NCBI GenBank assembly: GCA_964534625.1 | Contig: CAZHRF010000002.1 | Coordinates: 54,723 to 118,722 of the forward strand | Direction of reading: 5' to 3' | DNA length: 64,000 nucleotides | DNA from: an uncultured archaeon | GTDB lineage: Archaea > Asgardarchaeota > Heimdallarchaeia > Heimdallarchaeales > Heimdallarchaeaceae | Shown here: piece by piece, positions 27,913-38,175 of the stretch | Numbering within the stretch: the first letter of the stretch is position 1 | How the letters are laid out: each line of letters opens with the position of its first letter | The notes under the pieces: generated by a model | What the model was told of the DNA's origin: nothing | What the model saw: only the letters and a program-made list of their open reading frames with translations | Databases searched by the model: none | Position numbers and translations under genes: made by a program

Positions 27913-29083
27913 TTAAATCTTCAATCTCACGGGGATAGGGAGTAATATGTTCAGAACCATCTTTTGTAATAATGACTGTATCGCTATGTCTAAACCCCCC
28001 AAACTTGTACTCATAGATTCCTGGCTCACAAGTGAATACCATGCCTGGCTTGATGATTTCATCAACTCCTAAATCAAGAAAAGGAGCTTCATGACCTTCC
28101 ATGCCTATTGCATGACCTGTGTGATGTAACATCTTATCTTCGAATCCATATTCTTTGATCACCTTTCTTGCAGTTTGATCAACTTCACTACACTTTACAT
28201 TGGGAGCAAAAGTGGCTAAAGCGGCGTCTTGTGCTTCTTTCATTACTTTAAAATATTTTCTCTGTTTGTTAGTTGGTTCACCAATAAACATTGTTCTTTC
28301 AAGTTCAGAGAGATAACCCGATATATTGGCTGCTGCACCAGTTACTAACACTTGGCCCTTTTCAAAGGCCTTATTTTCAAGTACTGAATGAGGGATAGCA
28401 GACCATTCCCCAATCTGCCCCCTATATCCAGCATAGGCTGGAAGGATACTCTTGGGTATAAAATCTTCTAATTCTGTTAGCATTTCCATAGATGCTCTTT
28501 TCGATGCTTCTAATGATACGTCAATTTCTGTTTTACCGATCCCAGTTAGTTCTTGTAAATATTTATGTGCTTTATGACCCCATTTGGCAGATTCTTTGAT
28601 AAGTGTAATTTCTTCTTCGTCTTTGATTTTTCGCATTTCTGTTATATGATGGGGATACAATTCACATGTGAACTCGGAAAGTATATCTGTTAAACTGGGT
28701 CCTTCATAGCCCCAAGTTGCTGCAAAAGAAGAAGATTCCAACCCTATCTTTTTTTCTGTTGCTATTTTTTCACGTATTACTTCTACAAAAAGATTTGCAG
28801 GGTGTCTCAAATCAGGATATTCAAAATAATGCTCAATTTCAACCCAAGGTATCTTTTCTTGAATGTGTTCGACTTCCAGTCTAGGAACGTAGAACCAAGG
28901 TTCGTCTGCAACTGGTACAACTAGACACAATGGTCGCTCTGTAGGAATAAAAACATAACCTGTAAGATAATTTATGGAACTTGGTTTGAAAAAAATGAAA
29001 CCGTCTAAACCCCTGTCTTCGACAAAAGATCGGATTTTTTCCACTCGTTCTTTATGTTTTTTTTCCGTAATTTTATATTTCAT
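27899..29083 (-). CDS. pepQ: Xaa-Pro aminopeptidase/prolidase (M24B)
   Basis: Creatinase-like N-domain, RKIKDEEEI, HHTGHAIGMEGHEAP, FTCEPGIY, FRHSDT. Metal ligands are partly non-canonical, so specificity is uncertain. Confidence 0.8.
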   Translation of the reverse strand: MKYKITEKKHKERVEKIRSFVEDRGLDGFIFFKPSSINYLTGYVFIPTERPLCLVVPVADEPWFYVPRLEVEHIQEKIPWVEIEHYFEYPDLRHPANLFVEVIREKIATEKKIGLESSSFAATWGYEGPSLTDILSEFTCELYPHHITEMRKIKDEEEITLIKESAKWGHKAHKYLQELTGIGKTEIDVSLEASKRASMEMLTELEDFIPKSILPAYAGYRGQIGEWSAIPHSVLENKAFEKGQVLVTGAAANISGYLSELERTMFIGEPTNKQRKYFKVMKEAQDAALATFAPNVKCSEVDQTARKVIKEYGFEDKMLHHTGHAIGMEGHEAPFLDLGVDEIIKPGMVFTCEPGIYEYKFGGFRHSDTVIITKDGSEHITPYPREIEDLIIQN

Positions 29084-29155
29084 ATACTATTCATTATAAT
29101 ATATCATTATAATAATTTATTTGAAATAAATATAATGAAAATAAAATGAGAAGAA

Positions 29156-29261
29156 TAGTACTTCCGAATTAAGGATATAATCTAAAATTAAACTTGTTAG
29201 AAGGGGTCTAATTTTTTCTATATCGCTCCAGATACACTTACACGCTACTTCGAAGGTACTA
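29156..29261. mobile_element. MITE-like element, copy 2
   Basis: aatagtacttccgaattaa (29154-29172) is the exact reverse complement of 26779-26797. Right end ttcgaaggtacta matches the TIR at 11/13. Confidence 0.6.
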
Positions 29262-29343
29262 AAAAAGAAAAAGATTTATTAAATTAGATAATTAATATTC
29301 GTTCTTTAGCTACTATAAGTATCTTAAACCCTATTTCTAACTT

Positions 29344-30384
29344 TTATTTGACTTTATTTGCCTCTGTCTTTTCTTTTATTGAATAAATAAGATCCAGTTT
29401 ATCGTACAGGATATGTGTCCCTAACAAAAATGGAAAACCAATTGTTATTATATTTATAATTAGAAAACTGAAAGCGGCACCTAGTAGAATAGTTGTAGGG
29501 ATGTCTGCTGGATCGAAAATCCATATAAGTATAAGAGAAAATAGCACTTGCCAACAGATATTACCTAGAATAAAAGTAATTATCCATTGATTTTGTTTAT
29601 CTGTTTTTTCATGCAAATATTCTCTATTACGTATAAATTTACTCATTATAAATGCAATGAACATTGTTATAGGTATTGTGATAAAAAATATTCCACCACT
29701 AAGGGTGAAGTTTTCTCCAAATTGCTCAGTAATAGGAAGAGTAAAGTGTAAATCAGGCTCAGAAGTGAAACTTGTTAAAAACGCTAAAATATTTGTTCCA
29801 TAATGTAAAAGAGATATAATGAGGGTGAGAATGCTGAAACTTATATAAAATTTCGTTCTTATGTCTAATCTTTTACTTCTCTCTTTTTCTACTGGAATTT
29901 CTTTATACTCAGATTCCACTTTCGATATATCAATTGGCTCACTCTCTTTTTCGTCATCTGGTATTTCTGGTAGTCTCATCTTTTTTTCTTTGGATGATGG
30001 AACTGGTACTTCTAATTCATTTATAGAAGGGGATATCTCTGGTACTTCTTCGTCTGTTGTTGGTAGTGAAGTATCACTCTTTCTTGTTGAAGGAACTGTT
30101 GTTGGTGCTGGACTTGGCGCTTTTTGTCTTTTTGAAGGAACAGGCAGTCCTTCTGGTAGGTCTTTACTTATTGGTGCCTCTCTCTCTCTTTCTTCTTCTC
30201 TACCGCAAATGGGACAGATTTTTGATGATACTGGTAATTCAGTTTCACAGTTAGGACAGATATATGTTTCTATCTCTTTTTCTTCTGTTTCCGGAAGTTC
30301 TATACCACAAAACAGGCATTCTTTTGTACCAACTATGTTTACATTGCCACAGCCTGGACATCTAATGAAGTCTTCATCACTCAT
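29344..30384 (-). CDS. Double zinc-ribbon protein with Pro/acidic linker and C-terminal TM helices
   Basis: CPGCG...CLFCG and CPNCE...CPICG, low-complexity linker, about 4 TM segments. Confidence 0.85.
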   Translation of the reverse strand: MSDEDFIRCPGCGNVNIVGTKECLFCGIELPETEEKEIETYICPNCETELPVSSKICPICGREEEREREAPISKDLPEGLPVPSKRQKAPSPAPTTVPSTRKSDTSLPTTDEEVPEISPSINELEVPVPSSKEKKMRLPEIPDDEKESEPIDISKVESEYKEIPVEKERSKRLDIRTKFYISFSILTLIISLLHYGTNILAFLTSFTSEPDLHFTLPITEQFGENFTLSGGIFFITIPITMFIAFIMSKFIRNREYLHEKTDKQNQWIITFILGNICWQVLFSLILIWIFDPADIPTTILLGAAFSFLIINIITIGFPFLLGTHILYDKLDLIYSIKEKTEANKVK

Positions 30385-30452
30385 TATCTAAAAGATAATC
30401 ATTGTATATTAAAAAAGTATCTGAAGATTTTGTGAGTACCAAAAAAAAAGAT

Positions 30453-31616
30453 TTAAGAGTGGTTTTTGGCATCTCTGAATAACTTCTTGAATAATTTCTG
30501 TTGTTCTTCTGGTGGTTCCATTATCTCATCAAGTTCTTCTAATAACTTCTTCTGATCTCTAGTGAGTTTATCTGGGATATTAATTCGGACGATTAAATGA
30601 AAATCCCCATAATTTGGTCCATAACGGGTTTGTCTTTGGACACCTTTTCTTCTTAATCGTAAGATTTTTCCATCTGTAATTCCTTTGGGAATTTTTACTT
30701 TCTCTTTACCATAAGGGGTAGGAATGGTCATTTGTCCTCCAAGAACAGCCATGGGATAAGGTACTTGTATCTCAGCAGCCAAATCATCTCCTCTTCGCTT
30801 ATAGAACGGATGTTCACCAACAATGATTCTGATAAGCAAATCGCCTCTTGGTCCGCCTCTACGCCCTTCTTGTCCCTTTCCTCGGATTCTAAGGCGATGG
30901 CCAGAATCAACACCAGCTGGGATATTCAGTTTAATTTTTTCATTTTCGTCAGAACGTCCAGAACCATTACATTCAGGGCAACGATCTTCAGGTGCAATGA
31001 TTTCCCCTTTTCCTTGACATTGGCTACACGTTCGTTGAGAAATAAAACGACTGAAACCATATTGTTGGGTGACGCTTTCTACTCCTGAACCGCGACAATT
31101 TGGACATGTTTTGGGATTTTTACCTGATTTAGTACGAGATCCATTACATACAGGACATTCTTTTTTTATGGGGACATCAATGATTTTAGATGTCCCATAA
31201 ATGGCTTCTTCAAAACTTATTTCGTAATCCATAATCAAGTCAGAACCTTTTTCAGGTCCTGTTGGACTCCTTCTCCTTCCTCCACCTCCAAAGAATGAAC
31301 TAAACAAATCATCACCACCAAATATCTGTGAGATAAGATCTGACATTGTACCAAAATCTGTTGGGTCAACTCTTGCAAAGTCGGAATCAACACCTGCAAA
31401 ACCATAACGGTCATAAGCTGCGCGTTTTTCACTATTTGAAAGTACTTCATATGCTTCGGTGGCTTCTTTAAACTTTTCAGCAGCATCTTTATCTTGGGTA
31501 TTTCGATCTGGATGATATTTCATCGCTAGCTTACGATATGCTTTTCGAATTTCACTTTCAGACGCATCTTTTGAAACACCTAAAACTTCATAATAATCTC
31601 GCTTGTTATCTGACAT
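30453..31616 (-). CDS. dnaJ: Chaperone DnaJ
   Basis: [11 protein letters not shown] motif, G/F region, four CxxCxGxG-type repeats. Confidence 0.98.
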   Translation of the reverse strand: MSDNKRDYYEVLGVSKDASESEIRKAYRKLAMKYHPDRNTQDKDAAEKFKEATEAYEVLSNSEKRAAYDRYGFAGVDSDFARVDPTDFGTMSDLISQIFGGDDLFSSFFGGGGRRRSPTGPEKGSDLIMDYEISFEEAIYGTSKIIDVPIKKECPVCNGSRTKSGKNPKTCPNCRGSGVESVTQQYGFSRFISQRTCSQCQGKGEIIAPEDRCPECNGSGRSDENEKIKLNIPAGVDSGHRLRIRGKGQEGRRGGPRGDLLIRIIVGEHPFYKRRGDDLAAEIQVPYPMAVLGGQMTIPTPYGKEKVKIPKGITDGKILRLRRKGVQRQTRYGPNYGDFHLIVRINIPDKLTRDQKKLLEELDEIMEPPEEQQKLFKKLFRDAKNHS

Positions 31617-31702
31617 CTATATCATCCTTTTTGTTTTTGATAAAAAAGAGGGGATATTAAATTTATCCTTTCTTCTGTAAAGAAGAAAGAAAAATGTTGT
31701 TG

Positions 31703-33622
31703 TTAATCTTCTTCATCTGCTGGTTCATAATCAACATCAATAACATTCTCTTCATCAAAGTCCTCGTCCTCATCAGATGTTGCACCACTTGGAGGAACAC
31801 CACCTGGCGGAACACCACCTGGAGGAACACCACCTGGAGGAACACCACCTGGGGCTTGACCAGTTTGTTGATAGATCCTTTGAGAAATTTTAAACATGGC
31901 TTCAAGCAATTCATCTGTTTTCTTTTTAATTTTAGAGACGTCATCACTTTCTAGTACTTCTTGTAGTTCTTCTCGCTTCTTTTCGATATCCGTTCTTTCT
32001 TCTTCTTGAACTTTATCTCCTAACTCCTTAAGCGTATTCTCAGATGTATATATGGCTTGTTCGGCATTGTTTTTTGTCTCAATAAGTTCTCTCCTCTTTT
32101 CATCTTCTTCTTTGTATTTCTCTGCTTCTTGTTTCATGTTTTCAATTTCATTATCATCTAAATGAGAAGATTGAATAACGATACTTTGTTCTTTATTTGT
32201 ACCTAAATCTTTAGCGGATACGTTGAGAATACCATTAGCATCAATATCAAATTTTACTTCTATTTGAGGAACACCTCTTGGTGCAGGGGGTATCCCAACA
32301 AGTTGGAAACGGCCTAAAGTTATATTGTCTTCTGCCATCGTTCTTTCTCCCTGTAATACATGAATTTCTACAGCTGGTTGATTATTAGCTGCAGTTGTAA
32401 ATACCTTCTTCTTTGTTACAGGAATTGTTGTGTTTCTTTCAATTAATGGTGTCATGATACCACCGAGTGTTTCTACACCCAAAGTTAATGGGGTTACATC
32501 CAATAAGAGAATATCTTTGACATCTCCTGCTAGAACTGCAGCTTGGACTGCTGCACCTAAAGCCACAACTTCATCTGGCTGCACACCTTTTTCTGGTTCT
32601 TTACCAAATAAATCTTTAACAGTTTCTTGGATCATTGGCATACGTGTAGCTCCGCCAACTAGAATAACTTTGTCAATCTCATTTTTAGAGAGCCCAGAAT
32701 CTTTTAAGGCTTGTTTTGCTGGTTCTATACACTTTTTAACTAAATCTTTTGACATATCTTCAAATTTAGCTCTGGTAACTGTTAAATCTAAATTCTTTGG
32801 TTGTTGGGTTTTGGGATCAAAAGTAATATAAGGTAAATTAATATTTGTTTGGACTTTTGACGTCAATTCTATCTTAGCTTGTTCTGCTGCATCCTTTAAC
32901 CTTTGCACTGTTTTGGGGTCTCCGGATAAATCTATACCTTCTGATTTCTTGAATTCAGCAATCATCCAGTCGATAATCTTTTTATCCCAATCACTACCAC
33001 CAAGCAGATTGTTACCACTTGTGGAAACGACTTTGAAAAAGCCATCATCTAATTCAAGAATACTTACATCAAAAGTTCCACCACCAAGATCCCAAACTAA
33101 TACTGTTTCTTCTTCTTGTCTATGCAAACCATATGCTAAAGCAGAAGCTGTGGGTTCATTAACAATCCTAAGTACCTCTAAACCAGCAATCTCTCCTGCA
33201 TCTTTTGTAGCTTGACGCTGAGAATCGCTAAAATAAGCTGGTACTGTAATAACTGCTTTATTAATCTGTTGTCCTAAATAATCTTCAGCATCTTTCTTAA
33301 GCTTAGAAAGGATCATAGCTGAAATTTCTTCTGGTCTGTATTCGTCATCACCAATTTTAGCCATATATTTTGTACCCATTTTTCTTTTAATTTCAATTAC
33401 TGTGCGTTCTGCATTGGCTACAGCTTGTCTTTTGGCTTGAATCCCAACAACACGAGTGTCATCTTCGTTAAAGGACACCACACTAGGAGTAATTCTACCT
33501 CCTTCTGCGTTGGGTATGATTTCGGGTTTTCCTGCTTCCATATATGCAATTGCAGAATTGGTTGTACCTAAATCTATACCTACTACTAATTCTTTTTTGG
33601 TTGTTTCTTTCTTTTGACTCAT
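31703..33622 (-). CDS. dnaK: Chaperone DnaK (Hsp70)
   Basis: [35 protein letters not shown]. Short archaeal/Gram-positive form of subdomain IB. Confidence 0.99.
   Translation of the reverse strand: MSQKKETTKKELVVGIDLGTTNSAIAYMEAGKPEIIPNAEGGRITPSVVSFNEDDTRVVGIQAKRQAVANAERTVIEIKRKMGTKYMAKIGDDEYRPEEISAMILSKLKKDAEDYLGQQINKAVITVPAYFSDSQRQATKDAGEIAGLEVLRIVNEPTASALAYGLHRQEEETVLVWDLGGGTFDVSILELDDGFFKVVSTSGNNLLGGSDWDKKIIDWMIAEFKKSEGIDLSGDPKTVQRLKDAAEQAKIELTSKVQTNINLPYITFDPKTQQPKNLDLTVTRAKFEDMSKDLVKKCIEPAKQALKDSGLSKNEIDKVILVGGATRMPMIQETVKDLFGKEPEKGVQPDEVVALGAAVQAAVLAGDVKDILLLDVTPLTLGVETLGGIMTPLIERNTTIPVTKKKVFTTAANNQPAVEIHVLQGERTMAEDNITLGRFQLVGIPPAPRGVPQIEVKFDIDANGILNVSAKDLGTNKEQSIVIQSSHLDDNEIENMKQEAEKYKEEDEKRRELIETKNNAEQAIYTSENTLKELGDKVQEEERTDIEKKREELQEVLESDDVSKIKKKTDELLEAMFKISQRIYQQTGQAPGGVPPGGVPPGGVPPGGVPPSGATSDEDEDFDEENVIDVDYEPADEED
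31791..31850 (-). repeat. 15-bp x4 tandem repeat encoding (GGVPP)4 in the DnaK tail
   Basis: ggaggaacaccacct units at 31791, 31806 (one synonymous change), 31821 and 31836. Confidence 0.95.
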
Positions 33623-33627
33623 TTTAA

Positions 33628-34386
33628 TTACACCTTCACTTTTTGATTTTGATTTTTATTTTGATTTTCTTTTTGATTATTGTTCTGTTTCGTTGATTTT
33701 TTTGCAATAATTACCTTAGCTGGGCGAATAACTTTATCATCCATTTTAAATCCTTTTGTAAATAACTCAACAATTTGATTATCCTCATATTCGTCATTTT
33801 CAATAACATGAATAGCTTCATGGTATCGAGGATCGAATTTGCCTTTACTAGGGGCGATAATATCGATGTTTAAACTCTCAAATGTAAACTGCAAATTTTT
33901 GAATATCATCTTTAAACCCGCTACTATACTCTCTGGATCTGCGTTCTTATCCATAGAACCTAAAGCTCTTTCAAGATCATCATATAGGCTGAAAAATGTC
34001 TTCAATACCTGTATCTTCGTATTTCTGTTTGAGAATTCGATATCCTTAGAAACCTTTTTCTTATAATTCTCAAAATTAGCTTGAACTCTTTGTGAAGTGC
34101 CCAAATAGTCGTCTTTTTGTTCTTTGAGTTCAGTAATTTCTTTATGCATATGAATCATTTTATTGATTAAAGCATCTATACCTTGTTCATCGTGTATTTG
34201 TCTGAATTTATCTTCTAGAATTTCTTCTTCGGATTTTTCAGGTTTTATTTGCTCTTCTGTGCTTTCATTTTCTATTTGAACTTCTATCTCATTTTCTTCG
34301 GATTTTTCAGGTTTTATTTGCTCTTCTGTGCTTTCATTTTCTATTTGAACTTCTATCTCATTTTCTTCGGATTTTTTATCGTTCAT
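33628..34386 (-). CDS. grpE: Nucleotide exchange factor GrpE
   Basis: [44 protein letters not shown]. Directly upstream of dnaK. Confidence 0.96.
   Translation of the reverse strand: MNDKKSEENEIEVQIENESTEEQIKPEKSEENEIEVQIENESTEEQIKPEKSEEEILEDKFRQIHDEQGIDALINKMIHMHKEITELKEQKDDYLGTSQRVQANFENYKKKVSKDIEFSNRNTKIQVLKTFFSLYDDLERALGSMDKNADPESIVAGLKMIFKNLQFTFESLNIDIIAPSKGKFDPRYHEAIHVIENDEYEDNQIVELFTKGFKMDDKVIRPAKVIIAKKSTKQNNNQKENQNKNQNQKVKV
34225..34376 (-). repeat. 69-bp perfect tandem duplication in the grpE N-terminus
   Basis: Units start at 34225 and 34294, with a partial unit at 34363. They encode [23 protein letters not shown] twice. Confidence 0.95.
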
Positions 34387-34526
34387 CGTTATTTAAACCT
34401 CGAATCTGCTTCACTCATGTGAAATCGTTAATCATTGATATATAAATCTATGTATTACGCATAATTATTGCTGTATTAAGAATAAAAAATAGAAACAGCT
34501 GAAAATAATAGTTTGAACTGATAAGG

Positions 34527-34534
34527 TTTTTATA
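34527..34534 (+). promoter_or_regulatory. Putative TATA box for the structured RNA / kinase transcript
   Basis: TTTTTATA lies about 21-28 nt upstream of the hairpin start at 34555. Confidence 0.45.
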
Positions 34535-34554
34535 GACTTGGTAAAACAAAACTT

Positions 34555-34624
34555 TGACCAGAGCTCATAGACCAGTACAGAGCGATGTCATGGCTAGCAA
34601 TGATGTGTTGGAGCTCTCTGGTCA
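34555..34624 (+). ncRNA. Structured RNA hairpin with kink-turn (H/ACA-like sRNA or L7Ae-binding 5' leader)
   Basis: 9-bp basal stem tgaccagag/ctctggtca, internal loop, 8-bp stem ccagtaca/tgtgttgg, tandem GA/GA with 3-nt AAT bulge, gc/gc closing stem. GC-rich relative to its flanks. Confidence 0.65.
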
Positions 34625-34646
34625 CTTAATAACGAGAGGTTATAAT

Positions 34647-35255
34647 ATGAAAGTTATAGTATTGACAGGATTACCACTATCAGGTAAAACCACCTATGCC
34701 AAAAAAATAGGTCCTAAATATGATATGCCCTTATACGAAACGGGAACTGAAGTTCTAGAAGAAGTTACAAGTAGAGGATTAGACTTTACTCCAGAAAATA
34801 TTAAACGTGTAACTGATGACTGTAAAACTAAGAGTGATAGTTATTTTACAGAAAGATTAGTGAAGAAAGTTGATAAATTGGGTAAGGATATACCAGGTGT
34901 ATTTATCTCGGGTATTCGTGCTGTTTCTGAAATAGAATTTTTAAAGAACCATTTTGGATTTGATAATGTTAAAATAATTGCTTTTCATGCATCAATGTCT
35001 ACGCGTTTTTCGAGACTTTCTAACGTTGATAGGATGGAATCAACTGAAGGTGCCAAAGGAAAAGAAGATGAATTACTTAGAGATTTTGATAATTTCTCTG
35101 CAAGAAATAAAAAAGAATTAGGATATGGTGTTGGTGATGTTATTGCAATGTCTGACTATCTTATAAACACAGAAAGTAATCATTGGCCCTATGCATCAGT
35201 AACAAAAAATTTGCGTATATTTGAGATCTGTCTAAGAGAAATTTTAGACTTTTAA
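34647..35255 (+). CDS. P-loop nucleotide kinase (UPF0200 / dephospho-CoA-kinase-like)
   Basis: MKVIVLTGLPLSGKTT, ISGIRAVSEIE, RNKKELGYGVGDVIAMSDY. Start moved to the ATG at 34647, after a GAGGT SD. Confidence 0.85.
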   Translation: MKVIVLTGLPLSGKTTYAKKIGPKYDMPLYETGTEVLEEVTSRGLDFTPENIKRVTDDCKTKSDSYFTERLVKKVDKLGKDIPGVFISGIRAVSEIEFLKNHFGFDNVKIIAFHASMSTRFSRLSNVDRMESTEGAKGKEDELLRDFDNFSARNKKELGYGVGDVIAMSDYLINTESNHWPYASVTKNLRIFEICLREILDF

Positions 35256-35468
35256 TTTTCTTTTTTTTAACCAAATTTCTATTTTCAGAAGGTAAGCATG
35301 AAAATATTTGTAATTAGTATTAGTTGTAATTAGTATGATTTTAAATATCATCTAATGTTTTTTATTAGTATATCATTTGCTTGTTTTTTTGCAAATCCTT
35401 TAAAGCATTTACTCATCTGTTCTTGTTAGATTCCATAACTTATTAAGGACCAACACTAAAAAACTCTT

Positions 35469-36404
35469 ATGGCACAGAATCCTTATGGAATTGATGGAGA
35501 CGAAACGGATTTAAGACGAATTAAACTACAAATGCAAGCGTTAAATACGCAGTTACAACAATTACAACACAGAATATCATCACAATCTAGTAAAATAGAA
35601 GAATTAAATGAGCAGATAGAAGAATTACAGCAAATAATCCAGAAAAAGGATGAAACCATCAAGGAATATAAAAATGCCTTAAGGGAACAAGAAAACGTTT
35701 ATGCATCTGCTCAAAAAAGATTCGAACAAGAAAAGGAAGGGTTCTTTAAAAAACTAAAAGATAAAGATCAAACTATTAATGATCTTGAAATTAGACAGGA
35801 TGCACAATTACGAGAATTTGATCAAAAACGTATGAAAAAGTTAGAGGTCAATGATTATATTGATACTTTAATTGCTTATTACAAAAAACCTACAAGTGAA
35901 GAGTTTTTGGATTCATTAATTGCCCTTGTTAAGTATTGTTCGGATGAGGGCACACCCGAACAGAAAGTTCTAGGTAAAATAATTCAAACTAATCTTCCTG
36001 TTAAAAGTGATTATATATTAGAACAAGTAGCAATGGATGAAGGTAGAGTCAACCATATCCTTGAAACACTTAAAGAAAGAAATTTGATTAAGAAAGCGGG
36101 CCAAGGGTATCTTCCATTAACTTCAGACTTTGCAGATGTAACAACTGTTTCAGAAGAGTGGGCGGATTTTTCAGAAATAGAAGCTATAAAAAATCTCAAA
36201 TCTCTAATTATGGTTGGTACGGAACATGAAACACTTTCTGAAGCTTTTGTAAGAGTTAGGGATTTACTGATGGAGAAAGGATTGCTTGCTCCTATGGATC
36301 TCCATCGTTTCAGTACAATAATAAACAATCTAAAAAGACGATCAATGGATCCAAATGAACTAATTGAAGTAGTTGAACAAATCGAATCAAAAATTAATAG
36401 CTGA
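35469..36404 (+). CDS. Coiled-coil + winged-helix + helical-bundle protein
   Basis: About 110-aa heptad coiled coil, then wHTH-like VNHILETLKERNLIKKAGQGY, then a C-terminal helical domain. Confidence 0.75.
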   Translation: MAQNPYGIDGDETDLRRIKLQMQALNTQLQQLQHRISSQSSKIEELNEQIEELQQIIQKKDETIKEYKNALREQENVYASAQKRFEQEKEGFFKKLKDKDQTINDLEIRQDAQLREFDQKRMKKLEVNDYIDTLIAYYKKPTSEEFLDSLIALVKYCSDEGTPEQKVLGKIIQTNLPVKSDYILEQVAMDEGRVNHILETLKERNLIKKAGQGYLPLTSDFADVTTVSEEWADFSEIEAIKNLKSLIMVGTEHETLSEAFVRVRDLLMEKGLLAPMDLHRFSTIINNLKRRSMDPNELIEVVEQIESKINS

Positions 36405-38175
36405 CATTTAGACCGAATAATCCCCTAAATCCTAATGCTATTGGTTCATAATCAGCTTTAATTATATAATCTACATCTTCATGTTTAAGTGAATGTTTAG
36501 AGGCTGAGGCTGAGTCAAATTTTATTTGTCCTTTAATGATTTTTAGTTGTTTCCCGATTTCTATATCATGAATAGAAACATCTTGATTTAGGAAAAGTGC
36601 AATCTTATCACAGTAAATTGGATTGGTAAGATAGATAACAATCTCTCTTTTTTTGTTACTCACAATTTTTTCACTATCATAAATATAAAACCAATCATTG
36701 AACATTTCGCTTAAGTTATTGATATTTTGATATGTGTTGTATTCTACCACTTGTTCTTTTCCTTTCTTTTTCGAGCACGGAATATTGCTGAATTCTTTTT
36801 CTTTGAGAAATAAAAAGGCTGTTTCTACTTGTGGAGGAATCCTTTCTTGTTTGTGATATGAAAGTACAATTGATAATTCTATAATATCCATGATAAGTCT
36901 TGATGCATCCATGTAAATAGCCATATACAGGGCTTGTCTAAGAAGCAAACTTGAAGCTTTTATTTGACCTGTTTGAAGGAATATGTATCCTAATTGAGTA
37001 AGGAGTGAAATATCTTCTATATCATTAATAGCTGCTTTTTCATCAATTAAGCCTGATTCTATTACAGTAGATGCAACAATTATGATTCGGGTAAGCTTGG
37101 AAATATCTGGTCTTTTTTGTTGTTCACAGAGAAAAAGAAATTTTTCTGTATAGTAGCTTTGCAATCTTTCATGATTATTAGTGATAAGTAAAAAAATCAT
37201 GCGTATAAATTGAAGATCCATGAAAATATCTGTAGAGACGTTAGGTTCTAGAAGCATTATTTCTGTTAAAGTGTTCAAGTTTTTCTCTAGATCTTTGAGT
37301 TGCAGTTGCATAAAGTTGATAATGCAAAGAAGATAAAGAATTCTCGATTTTAACCTCGTTGCTAATTTTTGAATGAATGAATCTTTTTCTCGTAGAGAGA
37401 TTCGAATCTGCAAAGAAAGATCAGTAAGTGTTGCATATATCTCATTGAATTCATAGTTTAAGCCTACTATATTTTCGTTTTGTATTTCTTTCAAGTAATC
37501 CGGAAATTCAAATTCGATTTCATTCATAAATTCTATTAGTTTATTTTCTTCTTCTGAAAGATAAACTTCATCTCTCTGTTCTAATTCATATGATGAACTT
37601 TTATTCTCATGAAGTACATCTATTGCATATTCTTGTATCTTTTTAATTCGAGTGACTGGATCAAATCTATCTTGACTATTAACAGAATGGCGAATTTCAT
37701 CTGATAAAATATTATCGTATATTTTGTCTAAAAAAATCAAATCTTGATTATTAACTCTCTCTTTAAGATATACAATAAATGAAGATCCAATCATGGCATT
37801 AATATTAAGTTTTTCACAGGTTTGAATTAAATCTAAATCACTACTGACAATTGTACCATTATTATTCATGGCTAAGGTAATATTAGAGAGGTCATTAAAT
37901 TGTGGAAGTTTATCATTTTGCGTTTTCTCTAATTTTTTCTTCAGAAGACGAATATTTCGATTATCGGTGTCTATAATTTGAACTTCAGGTTGTATACGTC
38001 TCCTTAGGTACCACCGTAGTTCTTCAATAATATTGCTGGACATAACCAGTTGCATACCCATTCTTTGTATTAATGTGGAAAATTGGCTAAAAGAAGCAGG
38101 GTCTTTTTCGAAAGCACTAATCACAAAATTAGAATCAATAATAAAAATTGATTGTTGTGCACTAGACCGCATCAA
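36394..38175 (-). CDS. PIN-domain protein with long helical C-terminal region
   Basis: FIIDSNFVI, NIIEEL, FNDLSNITLA and IVSSDLDL supply the four PIN acidic positions. Confidence 0.75.
   Translation of the reverse strand: MMRSSAQQSIFIIDSNFVISAFEKDPASFSQFSTLIQRMGMQLVMSSNIIEELRWYLRRRIQPEVQIIDTDNRNIRLLKKKLEKTQNDKLPQFNDLSNITLAMNNNGTIVSSDLDLIQTCEKLNINAMIGSSFIVYLKERVNNQDLIFLDKIYDNILSDEIRHSVNSQDRFDPVTRIKKIQEYAIDVLHENKSSSYELEQRDEVYLSEEENKLIEFMNEIEFEFPDYLKEIQNENIVGLNYEFNEIYATLTDLSLQIRISLREKDSFIQKLATRLKSRILYLLCIINFMQLQLKDLEKNLNTLTEIMLLEPNVSTDIFMDLQFIRMIFLLITNNHERLQSYYTEKFLFLCEQQKRPDISKLTRIIIVASTVIESGLIDEKAAINDIEDISLLTQLGYIFLQTGQIKASSLLLRQALYMAIYMDASRLIMDIIELSIVLSYHKQERIPPQVETAFLFLKEKEFSNIPCSKKKGKEQVVEYNTYQNINNLSEMFNDWFYIYDSEKIVSNKKREIVIYLTNPIYCDKIALFLNQDVSIHDIEIGKQLKIIKGQIKFDSASASKHSLKHEDVDYIIKADYEPIALGFRGLFGLNVSY

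Noticed and set aside
29861-34066. Alternative ORFs over the zinc-ribbon, dnaJ, dnaK and grpE genes (including WRNTT and QVVFL repeats)
   Set aside because: They are shadow or alternate frames of well-supported genes. The repeats are the GGVPP repeat read in other frames.
34554-34646. 31-aa N-terminal extension of the kinase
   Set aside because: The P-loop family begins at MKVIVLTG with a good SD, and the upstream segment is better explained as a structured RNA.
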